Below the pieces are notes generated by a model, which saw only the letters and a program-made list of their open reading frames with translations, was not told where the DNA came from and searched no databases. Position numbers and translations under genes: made by a program. From assembly GCF_001194135.2 (NCBI RefSeq), contig NC_069007.1:3492369-3556368 (forward strand): a stretch of 64,000 nt of DNA, given 5' to 3'. Origin of the DNA: Octopus bimaculoides. Its lineage: Eukaryota. Position 1 is the first letter of the stretch, and the number at the start of each line of letters is the position of its first letter. Of the stretch, positions 26,201-38,129 are shown in pieces.

Positions 26201-27603
26201 GGTGAAAGGTAAAGACCCCCTTCGGTCATGAATGACCGTGGGATTGCACCTAGAAAGTTCCCCTCCGAGGCACAAGTCTGGACACGGTTGGTTATGGTAT
26301 AATCTAGCAGTCACTCGTGCTTACCAGCCTCCCTTGGTTTTAATCTAGCCATACCGTGAGTAGGCTTCAGTAGTGTTTTGTGGATGCGTGCGTGTGTGTG
26401 AATTCAGCGAAAACATTGAATTTATTCTGTTGTGTCTGGGGAGAGTCATTTTCTTATCGTGCCTTAAAATTTAACACACTCACCGTTAAAATTTCCACTT
26501 ATTATTTTATAAAAAATTTTTAAATTTAAAAAAATTTTTAAAAATAAAAATAATAAGTGGAAATTTNNNNNNNNNNNNNNNNNNNNNNNNNNNNNNNNNN
26601 NNNNNNNNNNNNNNNNNNNNNNNNNNNNNNNNNNNNNNNNNNNNNNNNNNNNNNNNNNNNNNNNNNNNNNNNNNNNNNNNNNNNNNNNNNNNNNNNNNNN
26701 NNNNNNNNNNNNNNNNNNNNNNNNNNNNNNNNNNNNNNNNNNNNNNNNNNNNNNNNNNNNNNNNNNNNNNNNNNNNNNNNNNNNNNNNNNNNNNNNNNNN
26801 NNNNNNNNNNNNNNNNNNNNNNNNNNNNNNNNNNNNNNNNNNNNNNNNNNNNNNNNNNNNNNNNNNNNNNNNNNNNNNNNNNNNNNNNNNNNNNNNNNNN
26901 NNNNNNNNNNNNNNNNNNNNNNNNNNNNNNNNNNNNNNNNNNNNNNNNNNNNNNNNNNNNNNNNNNNNNNNNNNNNNNNNNNNNNNNNNNNNNNNNNNNN
27001 NNNNNNNNNNNNNNNNNNNNNNNNNNNNNNNNNNNNNNNNNNNNNNNNNNNNNNNNNNNNNNNNNNNNNNNNNNNNNNNNNNNNNNNNNNNNNNNNNNNN
27101 NNNNNNNNNNNNNNNNNNNNNNNNNNNNNNNNNNNNNNNNNNNNNNNNNNNNNNNNNNNNNNNNNNNNNNNNNNNNNNNNNNNNNNNNNNNNNNNNNNNN
27201 NNNNNNNNNNNNNNNNNNNNNNNNNNNNNNNNNNNNNNNNNNNNNNNNNNNNNNNNNNNNNNNNNNNNNNNNNNNNNNNNNNNNNNNNNNNNNNNNNNNN
27301 NNNNNNNNNNNNNNNNNNNNNNNNNNNNNNNNNNNNNNNNNNNNNNNNNNNNNNNNNNNNNNNNNNNNNNNNNNNNNNNNNNNNNNNNNNNNNNNNNNNN
27401 NNNNNNNNNATATATAGTGAAGGTGCGTGGCTTAGTGGTTAGGGCTTCCAGCTCACGATCTTATGATTGTGAGTTCAATTCCCAGTAACGCGTTGTGTCC
27501 TTGAGCAAGACACTTTTATTTCATGTTGTTCCAGTCCACTCAGCTGGCAAAAATGAGTAATATTTGTGTGTGTATATATGTATGTATACATATGTATTTG
27601 TAA

Positions 27604-27637
<34 letters not shown>

Positions 27638-27664
27638 ATATGTATGTATATATAATTGTGTGTG

Positions 27665-27705
<41 letters not shown>

Positions 27706-27952
27706 GTGTGTATATATACATATGTATGTATGTATACATATGTATGTATGTATATGTGTGTGTGTGTATATATATATGTACATGCGTGTATATGTATGTA
27801 TATATATATATATATAGATGTTTGTGTGTGTGTACATATGTATGCTTATGCACCAGTCTGCAAAGATCATGTGTACTGTTTCTTCTCTTACTAATAACAA
27901 CAATCATCATGTTTTCTGTTCTCTCTCTTTCTCTCTCTCTACAACAAAATAG

Positions 27953-28157
27953 GTATTACAATCTCTCCATGACCGGTTCTACCAAACTGTATGCCAGGCC
28001 GACTTCAGCAAGGTGTGCCACACAGCAGGTGTCAAAGCTAACATTCTCAACCTGCTTGAGTCGATGTGTGGTGTCGCCCTGGCATCTCGTGTCGATATAG
28101 TTCAGCAATTGTTCAACTTCCTGCACCCGTTACTGGTGGAGACTGTCAAAATATTGG
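27953..28157 (+). CDS. XPO4: XPO4 exon after the gap (VLQSLHDRF...VKIL)
   Basis: aatag acceptor after a CT tract, GTAAGA donor; LESMCGVA...QLFNFL. This frame is not in the ORF track. Confidence 0.92.
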
Positions 28158-28786
28158 GTAAGATTTGAAGCCTCTTTCTCTAGCTCTGCACGATGATGTT
28201 ATGCATATGTGTTTGTCTGTTGTTAATTAAAAAACATTCTAACCATAAGCAGCTGACCTTTCTGTTTTGTGTGGTGGTGATGGTGCTATGTAAAAAAGCA
28301 CCCAGTACACTCTGTGGAGCAGTTGGTGTTAGGGAGGGCATCCAGCTGTAGAAACCAAGCCAAACCAGACTGGAACCTGGTTATGCTGGTTTCTGTAAAT
28401 CTGTCCAGCTCATGCCAGCATGGAAAACGGATGTTAAATGTTGGTGCTGATGTCTAGTGCATCATAGCTCAATCTGCCTGTCTACTTTTCTTAAGATGGT
28501 AGGATTGTATTAAAGGGAGATTTAGCTGTTATTTCTACAGTTTGTCCACCAGGTAGAAGCTCCTTTTCCTGGATCTTTTTGACTGTTATTTTGTCTGCTG
28601 CTACATTCTAAGTTCAAATTCTGCTAAGGACAACTTTGCCTTTCATCCTTTCAGGGTCAATTGAATAAGTACCAGTTACGCACTAGGGTTGATATAATCG
28701 ATTTACCCCTCCTTGCAAATTTCAGGCCTTGTTTCCTATAATAGAATGGACTTTTTTTTGCCTATTTGTGTGCATGTCTGTGTTGG

Positions 28787-28888
<102 letters not shown>

Positions 28889-29330
28889 TATGTATATATG
28901 TTGAACCATCTCCCTGTCTTGCTATCATCCTTAAACTGTCACTATACCACCACCATCATCATCATCATCATCATGTTAATGTCCACTTTTCTATGCTTGG
29001 CATGGGCTGGTCAGAATATTGAAGCAGGTTTTCTACGGCCAGACGCCCTTTCTGCTCCCAACCCTCACTTGTGTCTTTTTTTTTCTTTTTTTTTTTATCA
29101 TTCCTCCAAACAAGATAATTTCTTCCCCCATGCCTGGGCATGTGACCATGGAAGCATTGAAACAAAAGACATGACCTGTATAATGGTGACACTCGTTTAC
29201 AGTCACCTGACATCAGGGCAAGAAAACACCAACTCAAATACACACACACACACACAAAACAGGTTTCTTTCAGTTTCTGTCTACCAAATCTACTCACAAC
29301 CTCTCTCTCTCTCTCTTTTTCCCTCCACAG

Positions 29331-29419
29331 ATCTGTACCACAATTATGAAGATGTTGTACCTCTTGTACTGGAACTATTCTCTGAAGTTGTCCAACGTCA
29401 GCTTTGCTATCTCCCCGAG
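29331..29419 (+). CDS. XPO4: XPO4 exon (LYHNYEDVV...LCYLPE)
   Basis: ccacag acceptor, GTCAGT donor; matches VYKNTPETVNLIIEVF...ICYLGE. Confidence 0.93.
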
Positions 29420-30128
29420 GTCAGTCTACTTTTCTCTCTCTCTCTCTCTCCATTGTTTAATTCTTGTTTCTATACTTGCTGTATACATACAAATGTGTAA
29501 ATGTTAACATACATTCAAGTTTATACACACACACTTACATATAAACTTGATGATATTTCATATATATACACATATAAATTTGACATGGGCGATTCTTTCT
29601 TGTCTTGGGATTCATGGTCAAATGGCTGGGTGAAATTGCGGGAAAGATTACACAGATGTGGTGATGCTGGGCTTTGTATTTTTTCATAGCTTCCATGGTT
29701 ACCGAAATAATCTACTATAATAATACTCTTGTGTTTATGAATGAGAAAGGAAGGGGTGATAGATGAATAAGGAAGGAAGGGGTGATGTCATACTTGGTAG
29801 TGGGATGATGAAAATTGTACGCTGAAAAAATAAATCAAACAGCGTTTCAACTCTGTGTGAATATATGTGTGCGTATGTAAAAGGGGAGGGGTGTGTGTGC
29901 GCAATGGAAGTGGGATGGTTCATCTTTGTTTGCTTAGTTTTGGGGTTTATTTTTTGATTTGGTTGAATCTCAGTTGGTCAGTTATTTTTAGCGTTTTGAC
30001 AGAAAAGTGTCATTCTAAAATTCTTTTTTAACGTAAGCGTGCCCAAACAAGTCAAATGCTTACACAGAGCAGGTTTTACAGCCACATCATCCAAACTGAC
30101 CGAGTGAAACCGGGCTTAGTTGCTAGTA

Positions 30129-30165
<37 letters not shown>

Positions 30166-30346
30166 CTACAAACATGCACACCCACACACACATTCACACT
30201 TATATGTATACACTATGGTGTTTGATGTATAAGACTATAAATGCATAAAGATGCACACATGCACACATGCATGCAAATGTTTTATCGTGCAAGTATCGAT
30301 ATGTTCATTCTCTTTATCTGCCTTTTTTTCTCATTTGCTTTTTCAG

Positions 30347-30413
30347 TCAGATTCCCGAAAAATCTATGAACTTGCTCTGTCACTCATCCAAACCTATTCC
30401 AAACACAATATCA
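30347..30413 (+). CDS. XPO4: XPO4 exon (SDSRKIYELALSLIQTYSKHNI)
   Basis: tttcag acceptor, GTAAGT donor, 67 nt; phases fit both neighbours. Confidence 0.92.
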
Positions 30414-30907
30414 GTAAGTAACTATCAATGCATTACAGCCATTACATCACTGTGTTATTGTGTGTGTCTGTTACTATATCGTTGCACTACAGTATTGTTT
30501 CTACTTTGTGGTTTTTCACCTATTGTGGTGGCATTTGGAATGTAACACTCGCGATAGTCAAGAGATTACTGTATATGAGTGCATGTGTGTCCTTGTGTTT
30601 ATGTTTGTACCCCACCACCACTTGACAACTGGTGTCGGTTTGTTTACATCCCTCTAGCTCAGCAGCTCAACATGAGGTGCTTATAGAATAAATCCTTGGT
30701 TTTAAAAATATGTCCTGGGGTCGGTTTGATTGACTGAAACCCTTCAGTGCAGTGCTGCAGTATGGCCGCAGTCTAATGGCTGAAACAAGTAAAAGATAAA
30801 AGAAGATACACTGACCCCTGTCCACTCACGTAGAATGTACAATTGTTGTTGTTGTTGTCCATCTTTTATTTTAAATCTAAAATGGTGTTTCTTTCTCCTG
30901 TTTTCAG

Positions 30908-31024
30908 CTCGGAAAATTGCTGGAGTCCACGATGAAGAGGAGGAGAAATACTACGACATCGTCTTACTGATGGAGATGTTAACGCACTTATTGTCGAAAG
31001 ATTTTATAGATTTCAGTGGCCCTG
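30908..31024 (+). CDS. XPO4: XPO4 exon (EEEKYYDIVLLMEMLTHLLSKDFIDFS)
   Basis: tttcag acceptor, GTAAGT donor; strongly conserved motif. Confidence 0.95.
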
Positions 31025-31713
31025 GTAAGTTAGTTGGTCCGAGTTGTTTCAGACGTGACCATCCCTTCTTATTATACGTCTGTGTCTATGTTGGCTAATG
31101 TGCCTTTCTTTGGTTTACATTGTAGGGTGTGATTCGTATGAGATTTGACTGCTATTTCTAGATGCTGGCAGAGCAACCACATGGAGACTCTCTTTCTCGT
31201 CAGTGAGTTGATTGCTGTTGTTACAATTGTTTAGCCCATGGTCAGCTCTGGTCAAACAGACTTTATGACCAGGCATGACTATAACATCATCAGGTGGTGG
31301 TGGAGAGTGTTATTGTATTGATTGTGGTTGTGTGGTTAAGAAGCTTGCTTTGCTACAATCTGGTTCCAGGTTCAGTCCTGCTGCATGGCACCTTGGACAA
31401 ATGTATTCCATTATAACCATGAGCCAACTAAACCCTTGTGAGTGGATTTGGTAGATGGAAACTGCAGAAGCCCATCGTGTGTGTGTGTGTTTGACAAACT
31501 CCTACCACCACCATTGCTTGACAACTGATGCTGGTTTGTTGACATCCCCGTAACTTAGTGGTTCAGTAAAAAAAAAATTGGTGGAATAAGCTCGACTAAA
31601 CCCTTCAAAGTGGTGCCCCAGCATGGCCACAGTTCACTGACTGTAACAATTTAAAGATAGAAGACATATGTATGGGTGGAGTGTAGATGTTTGTGTGTGT
31701 GTGTGTGGGTGTG

Positions 31714-31753
<40 letters not shown>

Positions 31754-32153
31754 CTCTCCGAAACTCCTGTGTTAGAATGGGGGTAGCTGATGAAGGAAAA
31801 TGTTCTCTATGTGGCCTGCGTGTGTTCTGTACTCTGGTTATTATTGTTTTGTTTGCAATGTCCTGTACCCAGATATGCACCTATATATATACAGGTAGAC
31901 GTAGGTATGCACATACCTGTATGTATATATGCATATACTCATTTATTATTTGTTTTATTTATATAATATATATATATATATGAGGGTGGAGTGTGGGTGT
32001 CTGTGTGTGTGTATATGTATATGTTTGTGTCTGTGTCTGTATATTTACATTGTGTATATATGTGTATGTATACATGTGTGTGTGTGTGTGTATATACGTG
32101 TGTGATATTGTCACCTGCAATTGTTGATAGTCTCCTTTGATGTATTTGTTTAG

Positions 32154-32257
32154 AACCAGAGACCTCCTCACCGCCACCAACACAAATCTCAGCCGCAGAA
32201 GTTGTCCTCTTTGGATTAAATATAATCATTCCACTTATGAACTCTGAGCTGCTTAAG
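32154..32257 (+). CDS. XPO4: XPO4 exon (ISAAEVVLFGLNIIIPLMNSELLK)
   Basis: tttag acceptor, GTTGGT donor; matches SAADVVLYGVNLILPLMSQDLLK. Confidence 0.93.
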
Positions 32258-32947
32258 GTTGGTCTCTTTGTCGCTAATGCCTTCATCATCATCAATCACA
32301 ACACTTTCATTAATGCTGACAACAGCAAAGACAGTTAAAATAACAATAATATTTAACAGTAAGTTGTTTCCATGACAACAGTTTACAAGTGACAAGAACA
32401 ACAGTTAGAACAACAACAACATTGACTGTTAATTATATTATTTCTGGCAAAGGTTTTGTAGCCTTCGTTAAAACAGGACTGACATCTCTCTCTCTCTCTC
32501 TCTCTCTCTCTCCTTCTTTCTCTCTATCTTCCTTTCTTTCTCTCTATCTTTCTTTCTCTCTCTCTCTCCTCCTTTGACTCCACTNNNNNNNNNNNNNNNN
32601 NNNNNNNNNNNNNNNNNNNNNNNNNNNNNNNNNNNNNNNNNNNNNNNNNNNNNNNNNNNNNNNNNNNNNNNNNNNNNNNNNNNNNNNNNNNNNNNNNNNN
32701 NNNNNNNNNNNNNNNNNNNNNNNNNNNNNNNNNNNNNNNNNNNNNNNNNNNNNNNNNNNNNNNNNNNNNNNNNNNNNNNNNNNNNNNNNNNNNNNNNNNN
32801 NNNNNNNNNNNNNNNNNNNNNNNNNNNNNNNNNNNNNNNNNNNNNNNNNNNNNNNNNNNNNNNNNNNNNNNNNNNNNNNNNNNNNNNNNNNNNNNNNNNN
32901 NNNNNNNNNNNNNNNNNNNNNNNNNNNNNNNNNNNNNNNNNNNNNNN

Positions 32948-33035
32948 CCCGCCCGACTCTTCGCTTCCCGCCCGATTCTCCTCGCTTCCCACCCGACTCT
33001 CCTCACTTCCCACCCAAGTCTCCTCGCTTCCCGTC
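32948..33035 (+). repeat. Approximately 21-bp C-rich minisatellite next to gap
   Basis: About four copies of cccgactctcctcgcttccca. Confidence 0.75.
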
Positions 33036-33196
33036 TCACCCTCCTACCTGACTGCTTGCCCCCCACACAACTCTGCTCATCACCCTACTCCCCCACCCCT
33101 AACACTCAACTCCCCATGCCTCTTGCCCAACTCTTCTCACTTTACACTCTCTCTCTCTCTACCTCTGTTGACCTCTGCCCTTTTTCTCTCTTCCAG

Positions 33197-33327
33197 TTCC
33201 CCAATCTCTGCAGCCAGTACTTCAAGTTAATAACGTTCCTGGCAGAATGTCATCCAGAGAAATTTTGTCTTCTTCCAGCAGAATTGTTTAAAGCATTCAT
33301 GGATTCCGTACAGATGGGACTTAATGC
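33197..33327 (+). CDS. XPO4: XPO4 exon (FPNLCSQYFKLITF...MGLNA), followed by U12 intron
   Basis: ttccag acceptor; ends at GTATCCTTT. Confidence 0.93.
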
Positions 33328-34475
33328 GTATCCTTTACACAACACACACACACACAACAGTCTGTGTGCGCCTATAGAAATCTATATATGTCTGCATGTA
33401 GCGGTTGGAGATCATAGTGTGTGTCTGGTGTATGTGTCAACGTGGTAGTAGCACATGTATGTATGTTTGAGGCTGGGAATAGTGTAACTTGTGTCTGGCC
33501 AGTTTAGACATAGAACCGGTCGGATGCTTAGACCAGGTACAACCAGATTAAATGCTAAAGTGTTAAAGAAGTTTGGCTGTCCATTTCAAGAGTACCTGGG
33601 CTATAGCAGGGGAGTTAGTTGTACAGTTTAACATAAGGGCAAGAAATCACATGAAGTGAGTTATAAAACATGCAAGAAAGCGACTAAGCAGAATACAGTT
33701 TTTAGAAAGCAAGTTTCCATTACATCATCATCATCATCATTTAACGTCTGCTTTCCATGCTAGTATGGGTTGGACCATAAACTAAAATGCTGCAACAGAA
33801 ACTTTAATAGCAAAAGGGGCCATCTGGCTTAAAATTAGCTTATAGTAGGAAGTGTCAGGTACGAAATTTTTTTTTTTTTTTTTTTCGTGAGAGAGAGGCA
33901 TCTTATATGCCATCAATTACAGTAGGTGTGTATGTGTTCTAGTGGAGGCGCAATGGCCCAGTGGTTAGGGCAGCGAACTCGCGGCCATAGGATCGCGTTT
34001 TCAATTCCCAGACCAGGCGTTGTGAGTGTTTATTGAGTGAAAACACCTAAAAGCTCCACAAGGCTCCGGCAGGGGATGGTGTCGAACCCTGCTGGACTCT
34101 TTCATCACAACTTTCTCTCACTCTTACTTCCTGTTTCTGCTGTGCCTGTAATTCAAAGGGTCAGCCTTGTCACACTGTGTCACGCTGAATATCCCCCGAG
34201 AACTACGTTAAGGGTACATGTGTCTGTGGAGTGCTCAGCCACATGCACGTTAATTTCACGAGCAGGCTGTTCCGTTGATCGGATCAACTGCAACCCTCGA
34301 CGTCGTAAGCGACAGAGTGCCAACAACAACGTATGTGTTCTAGGGTTATTGTGTGTGTTTAGGGTTATTGTGAAAGAGAAATCATCTTGCCAGACTTTTT
34401 TTGTCTGTTTTGTATTTAAAGAATACTATTTGTTGTCCTATCTTGAAATTTTTCATCCTTAACTCGAAGCTGTAG
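33328..34475 (+). other. Second U12-type (GT-AG) intron
   Basis: Donor GTATCCTTT, consensus branch TCCTTAAC at 34456..34463, tgtag acceptor with no pyrimidine tract; the join restores frame. Confidence 0.92.
33943..34330 (+). mobile_element. Full-length tRNA-headed SINE with 13-bp TSD
   Basis: A/B-box-like head ggaggcgcaatggcccagtggttagg...ttcaattccc, (CAA)n tail, TSD GTATGTGTTCTAG at 33930..33942 and 34331..34343. Confidence 0.85.
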
Positions 34476-34593
34476 ATATGGCCCAGATATTACCAAATTG
34501 TGCCTTGAAATAATTGCAGCTCTTGCTTCTCATGTGTGTAACAATGATCTAAATGGATCGCCGCTGTATTTAGCCATGGAGCTGTTCCTGAAG
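34476..34593 (+). CDS. XPO4: XPO4 exon (YGPDITKLCLE...LFLK)
   Basis: Matches EVCQLCLEAL...SPLFLATRHFLK; GTAAGG donor. Confidence 0.92.
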
Positions 34594-34806
34594 GTAAGGC
34601 CAGACCAACAATTCTACATTGTGGTATTTTTATATTTTGGGACTGTGGTCATGCTGGAGCACAACACAACGTCTGCAACTGGTTTTTATTTGATTTCTCT
34701 TTATTAGTAGTAACAAGGATCAACTACGTCAGGGAATTTACATCACACACATACGCACACATTTATCATAACACAGTTCTATATTTAAGAGATGAGGAAT
34801 TATGTA

Positions 34807-34950
34807 CATTATTTACATTTGACGGATATTTGTCCTCATCTTGTTTGTTGATAACATAACGTTTCAGCTGATATACCCTCCAGCCTTCATCAGGTGTCTT
34901 GGGGAAATTTCAAACCTGGGTTCTCATTCCTAAGGTATTTTTCCATGTTG

Positions 34951-34992
<42 letters not shown>

Positions 34993-35196
34993 TCACATTC
35001 TGGAATTGAACTTGGAATCTTGGGGTTATTATCCCAAGATTCCGAGTTTGATTCCAGGCATTGACCTGAATAATAATAACATTGAAAAATACCTTAGGAA
35101 TGAGAACCCAGGTTCNNNNNNNNNNCCAGCCTTCATCAGGTGTCTTGGGGAAATTTCAAACCTGGGTTCTCATTCCTAAGGTATTTTTCCATGTTG

Positions 35197-35238
<42 letters not shown>

Positions 35239-35467
35239 TCACATTCTGGAATTGAACTTGGAATCTTGGGGTTATTATCCCAAGATTCCGAGTTTGATTC
35301 CAGGCATTGACCTGAATAATAATAACATTGAAAAATACCTTAGGAATGAGAACCCAGGTTCGAAATTTCCCCCAAGATACCAGATAAAGGCTGGAGGGTA
35401 TATCAGCCAAAACGTTGTGTTAACAACAAACAAGATGAGGACAAATATCCGTCAAATGTAAATAATG
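34807..35467. mobile_element. Foldback (inverted-repeat) element, probably Penelope-derived; includes an artefactual 236-bp duplication across a 10-N gap
   Basis: Arms are reverse complements from cattatttacatttgacgg to ccgtcaaatgtaaataatg; 34880..35115 is identical to 35126..35361. Confidence 0.75.
34853..34898 (-). ncRNA. Minimal hammerhead-like motif in left arm of foldback element
   Basis: GACAC CTGATGA A GGCTG-gagggtatat-CAGCT GAAACGTT ATGTT; canonical core, first stem-I pair mismatched. Confidence 0.6.
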
Positions 35468-35807
35468 ATCAGATGGGATGGACAAAATTTGTTGAGCCAA
35501 GTTTTCTTTGACCAGATGCCTTACCTGTTGTCAAGGTAGGGCATCTGGTTTATATTAGTAAAACAAGCTTTCTTTCAATCTCTATCACTTAAATTCATTC
35601 GCAAAGCATTTGTCATCCCAGGGCTATACTGTAAGAGACACTTGCCCAACGTGCCGTGCAGTGGGAGTGAACCTGAAACCATGTGGTTGGGAAGAAGCAA
35701 ACTTCTTGACCACACAGCCAGGCCTGCACCAATAAACAGTGTTTCGACTTCTGAAAAGACATTCAAAAATGGCATCCTGCCCATGAAGTATCCCTTTCTC
35801 GTTCTAG

Positions 35808-35900
35808 GTTGTGTTCCGACTTCTTTTACTGGAGAGCTTTGACATGGATCTCCTAGAAACAGCCAGTACCACATTGTTCAGCCTTATTTGCTGCCATCAG
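35808..35900 (+). CDS. XPO4: XPO4 exon (VVFRLLLLESFDMDLLETASTTLFSLICCHQ)
   Basis: ttctag acceptor, GTACCG donor, 93 nt phase 0/0. Not in the ORF track. Confidence 0.92.
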
Positions 35901-37130
35901 GTACCGTTTTTCTTCTTTTTATATATATCTTATCGCTGCTTTTGGTGGTCTTGGATAAAATGGTAATGTCTGTGCTCTCCATGGGAATTTGTCTTTCTCT
36001 ATGGTTCTGTTTGGTGCTATGTGTTTATCTCTCTCTGTGTGGTTTCATGTCATTGTATATCTCTGTGTAGTCCTGTATTCTTCTCTCTAATTTTCTTTGT
36101 ATTTCTGTCTGGTGTCTCTGTGTGGTACTATATTCTTTGCTTCTCTCTGTGACACTCTGTGTTGTTTCTCTGTCTGTGGTACCATGTGTTTTTCTCTATG
36201 GTACTGTATGATTGTTTCTATGGTTCCATGTGTTTATCTCTGTGGTACTGTATGTCTGTATATGGTACTGTATGTGTTTGTTTCTCAGTGAGGATGTGCT
36301 GTTGTATCTGCCTATTCTGTGGTCATACATCCATCTGATGTCTACATCATCATCATCGTTTAACGTCCACTTTCCATGCTGGCATGGGTTGGACGGTTTG
36401 ACTGAGGACTGGCGAGCCAGAAGGCTGCACCAGGCTCAATCTGATTTGGCAGAGTTTCTACAGCTGGATGCCCTTCCTAACGCCAACCACTTCAAAAGTG
36501 TAGTGGGTGCTTTTACGTACCATCGTCATGAGGGCCAGTCAGACGGTTCTGGCAACGACCACACTCAAAAGGCATTTTTTAGGTGCTACCACAGGAGCCA
36601 GTCCAGTGGCAATGGCAACGACCTCGCTTGAATGTTGTTTTTCACTTGCCACCAGCACATGTGCCAGTAAGGTGACACTGGCAACAATCACGCTCGAATG
36701 ATGCTTTTACGTGCCATATATGGCACTATACATTTGTGTGTCTATCTCTATATGTGGTACTGTGTGTTTGTTTCTGTCTGGTGTGAATGTGGTTGTACCT
36801 GTGTATGCTGCTGTACAGTGTCTTTATCCGCATTGTACTCTCTGGTTGTGTCTGTCTCTTTCCATGATACTTTGCATTTTTCTGTTTGCCTGGCGCCAAA
36901 GCAATTGTCTGTCCAATGTCTCTGTGAGTTTCAGTCTACCAGATGTCTATTGTAATTTTTCTATCTATCTCTAGAATTCTGTGGTGTCAGGACATTGAGA
37001 TGTCTGTGGGATTATATGTTGTGGAATGTATACCTTATGCTACATGTGTGTATACTTGAGTCAGTTATACATGTTGTTGAAGAAGTTGTGGTTTTTCTGT
37101 CTAAATCCTCTGTCTGTCTCTGATTTACAG

Positions 37131-37328
37131 GAAAAATACCGTATGCTGGTCAGCGAACTGCTGTACAGCCAAGAACTGCCAGCATACAAAGAACGACTCC
37201 TGGCTGCATTCAACCAGCTCACTCCAGCAACTCTCAAGTTGACCATCAACCGACAGAACAAGATTGCCTTCTTACAGAATTTTGAACAGTTTCTAATCAA
37301 CGTGAGAGGCATTCTCTGTGTCAAATGA
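37131..37328 (+). CDS. XPO4: XPO4 terminal coding exon (EKYRMLV...RGILCVK*)
   Basis: ttacag acceptor; ends like XPO4 GGLLCVK; TGA at 37326..37328; AATAAA at 37417..37422 is a candidate polyA signal. Confidence 0.95.
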   Translation, partial: EKYRMLVSELLYSQELPAYKERLLAAFNQLTPATLKLTINRQNKIAFLQNFEQFLINVRGILCVK

Positions 37329-37710
37329 TGCTTGTGATGATGGTGGTGGTGGTGATGATGATGATGATGATGGTAATGATCATTGTGATATGACATGGTG
37401 ATACTCTGGTGGTGATAATAAAAAAGAACAAAGAAAAATACATATATATATATCTATATATACATACACACATACACATTTCACATATATATATTTTATG
37501 TGTGTATGTGTATGTATTTGAATGTTTTGTGTGTGTGTGTGTGTGTATGTGATATATATATTTGTATACGTGTTATTTATAAATATATATACACACACAT
37601 ATATACATACATATTTGATATGTATGTTACAAATATTTGCACATAATGCATTTTACACTCACACACACACACACACATAATATATAGGTTAATACATGTG
37701 TTTGCATGTT

Positions 37711-37756
<46 letters not shown>

Positions 37757-38129
37757 CATATATTTGCATATATATACATGCACACATACACTCATCTGAC
37801 ATGCATGTGTGTATGTGTATTCAGGCACACACACACATATATATTATGCTATGCAGGAATCCCCCCACAATATGTAAATATGTTCCTCAGAATGTTGTCA
37901 TGACATAAACTCTCATTTGGCCCTCAAGGCATTCCAAGAAGGGGGGAGGGGTTTCTTCCATATTTTGGAATCAACAACAACAACAACAGAGAAGCAAAAA
38001 CGGTCACTTTTATGCTTCAAGCTAACAATTTCTCAAATACCCAGGACAGGAGAGAAATACATTAGGGTACTTCCTGGCCACAAAACGTGGACTGCTCTGT
38101 GAGGTAAGAGGTAGAATGAGAATTACCAG

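Noticed and set aside
29700-30127. Helitron-like 3' end (gaaaccgggcttagttgctagt)
   Set aside because: Only a terminal resemblance; no 5' end or second copy in the window to confirm.
33943-34015. tRNA gene
   Set aside because: The tRNA-like sequence is the head of a SINE with body, tail and TSD; no true tRNA or rRNA gene was recognised in the window.
34880-35361. Tandem 236-bp direct duplication
   Set aside because: Identical copies separated by a 10-N gap; typical unmerged contig overlap.
35788-35796. GTATCCCTT resembling a U12 donor
   Set aside because: One mismatch, and it lies inside the pyrimidine tract of a normal acceptor; no exon upstream of it.
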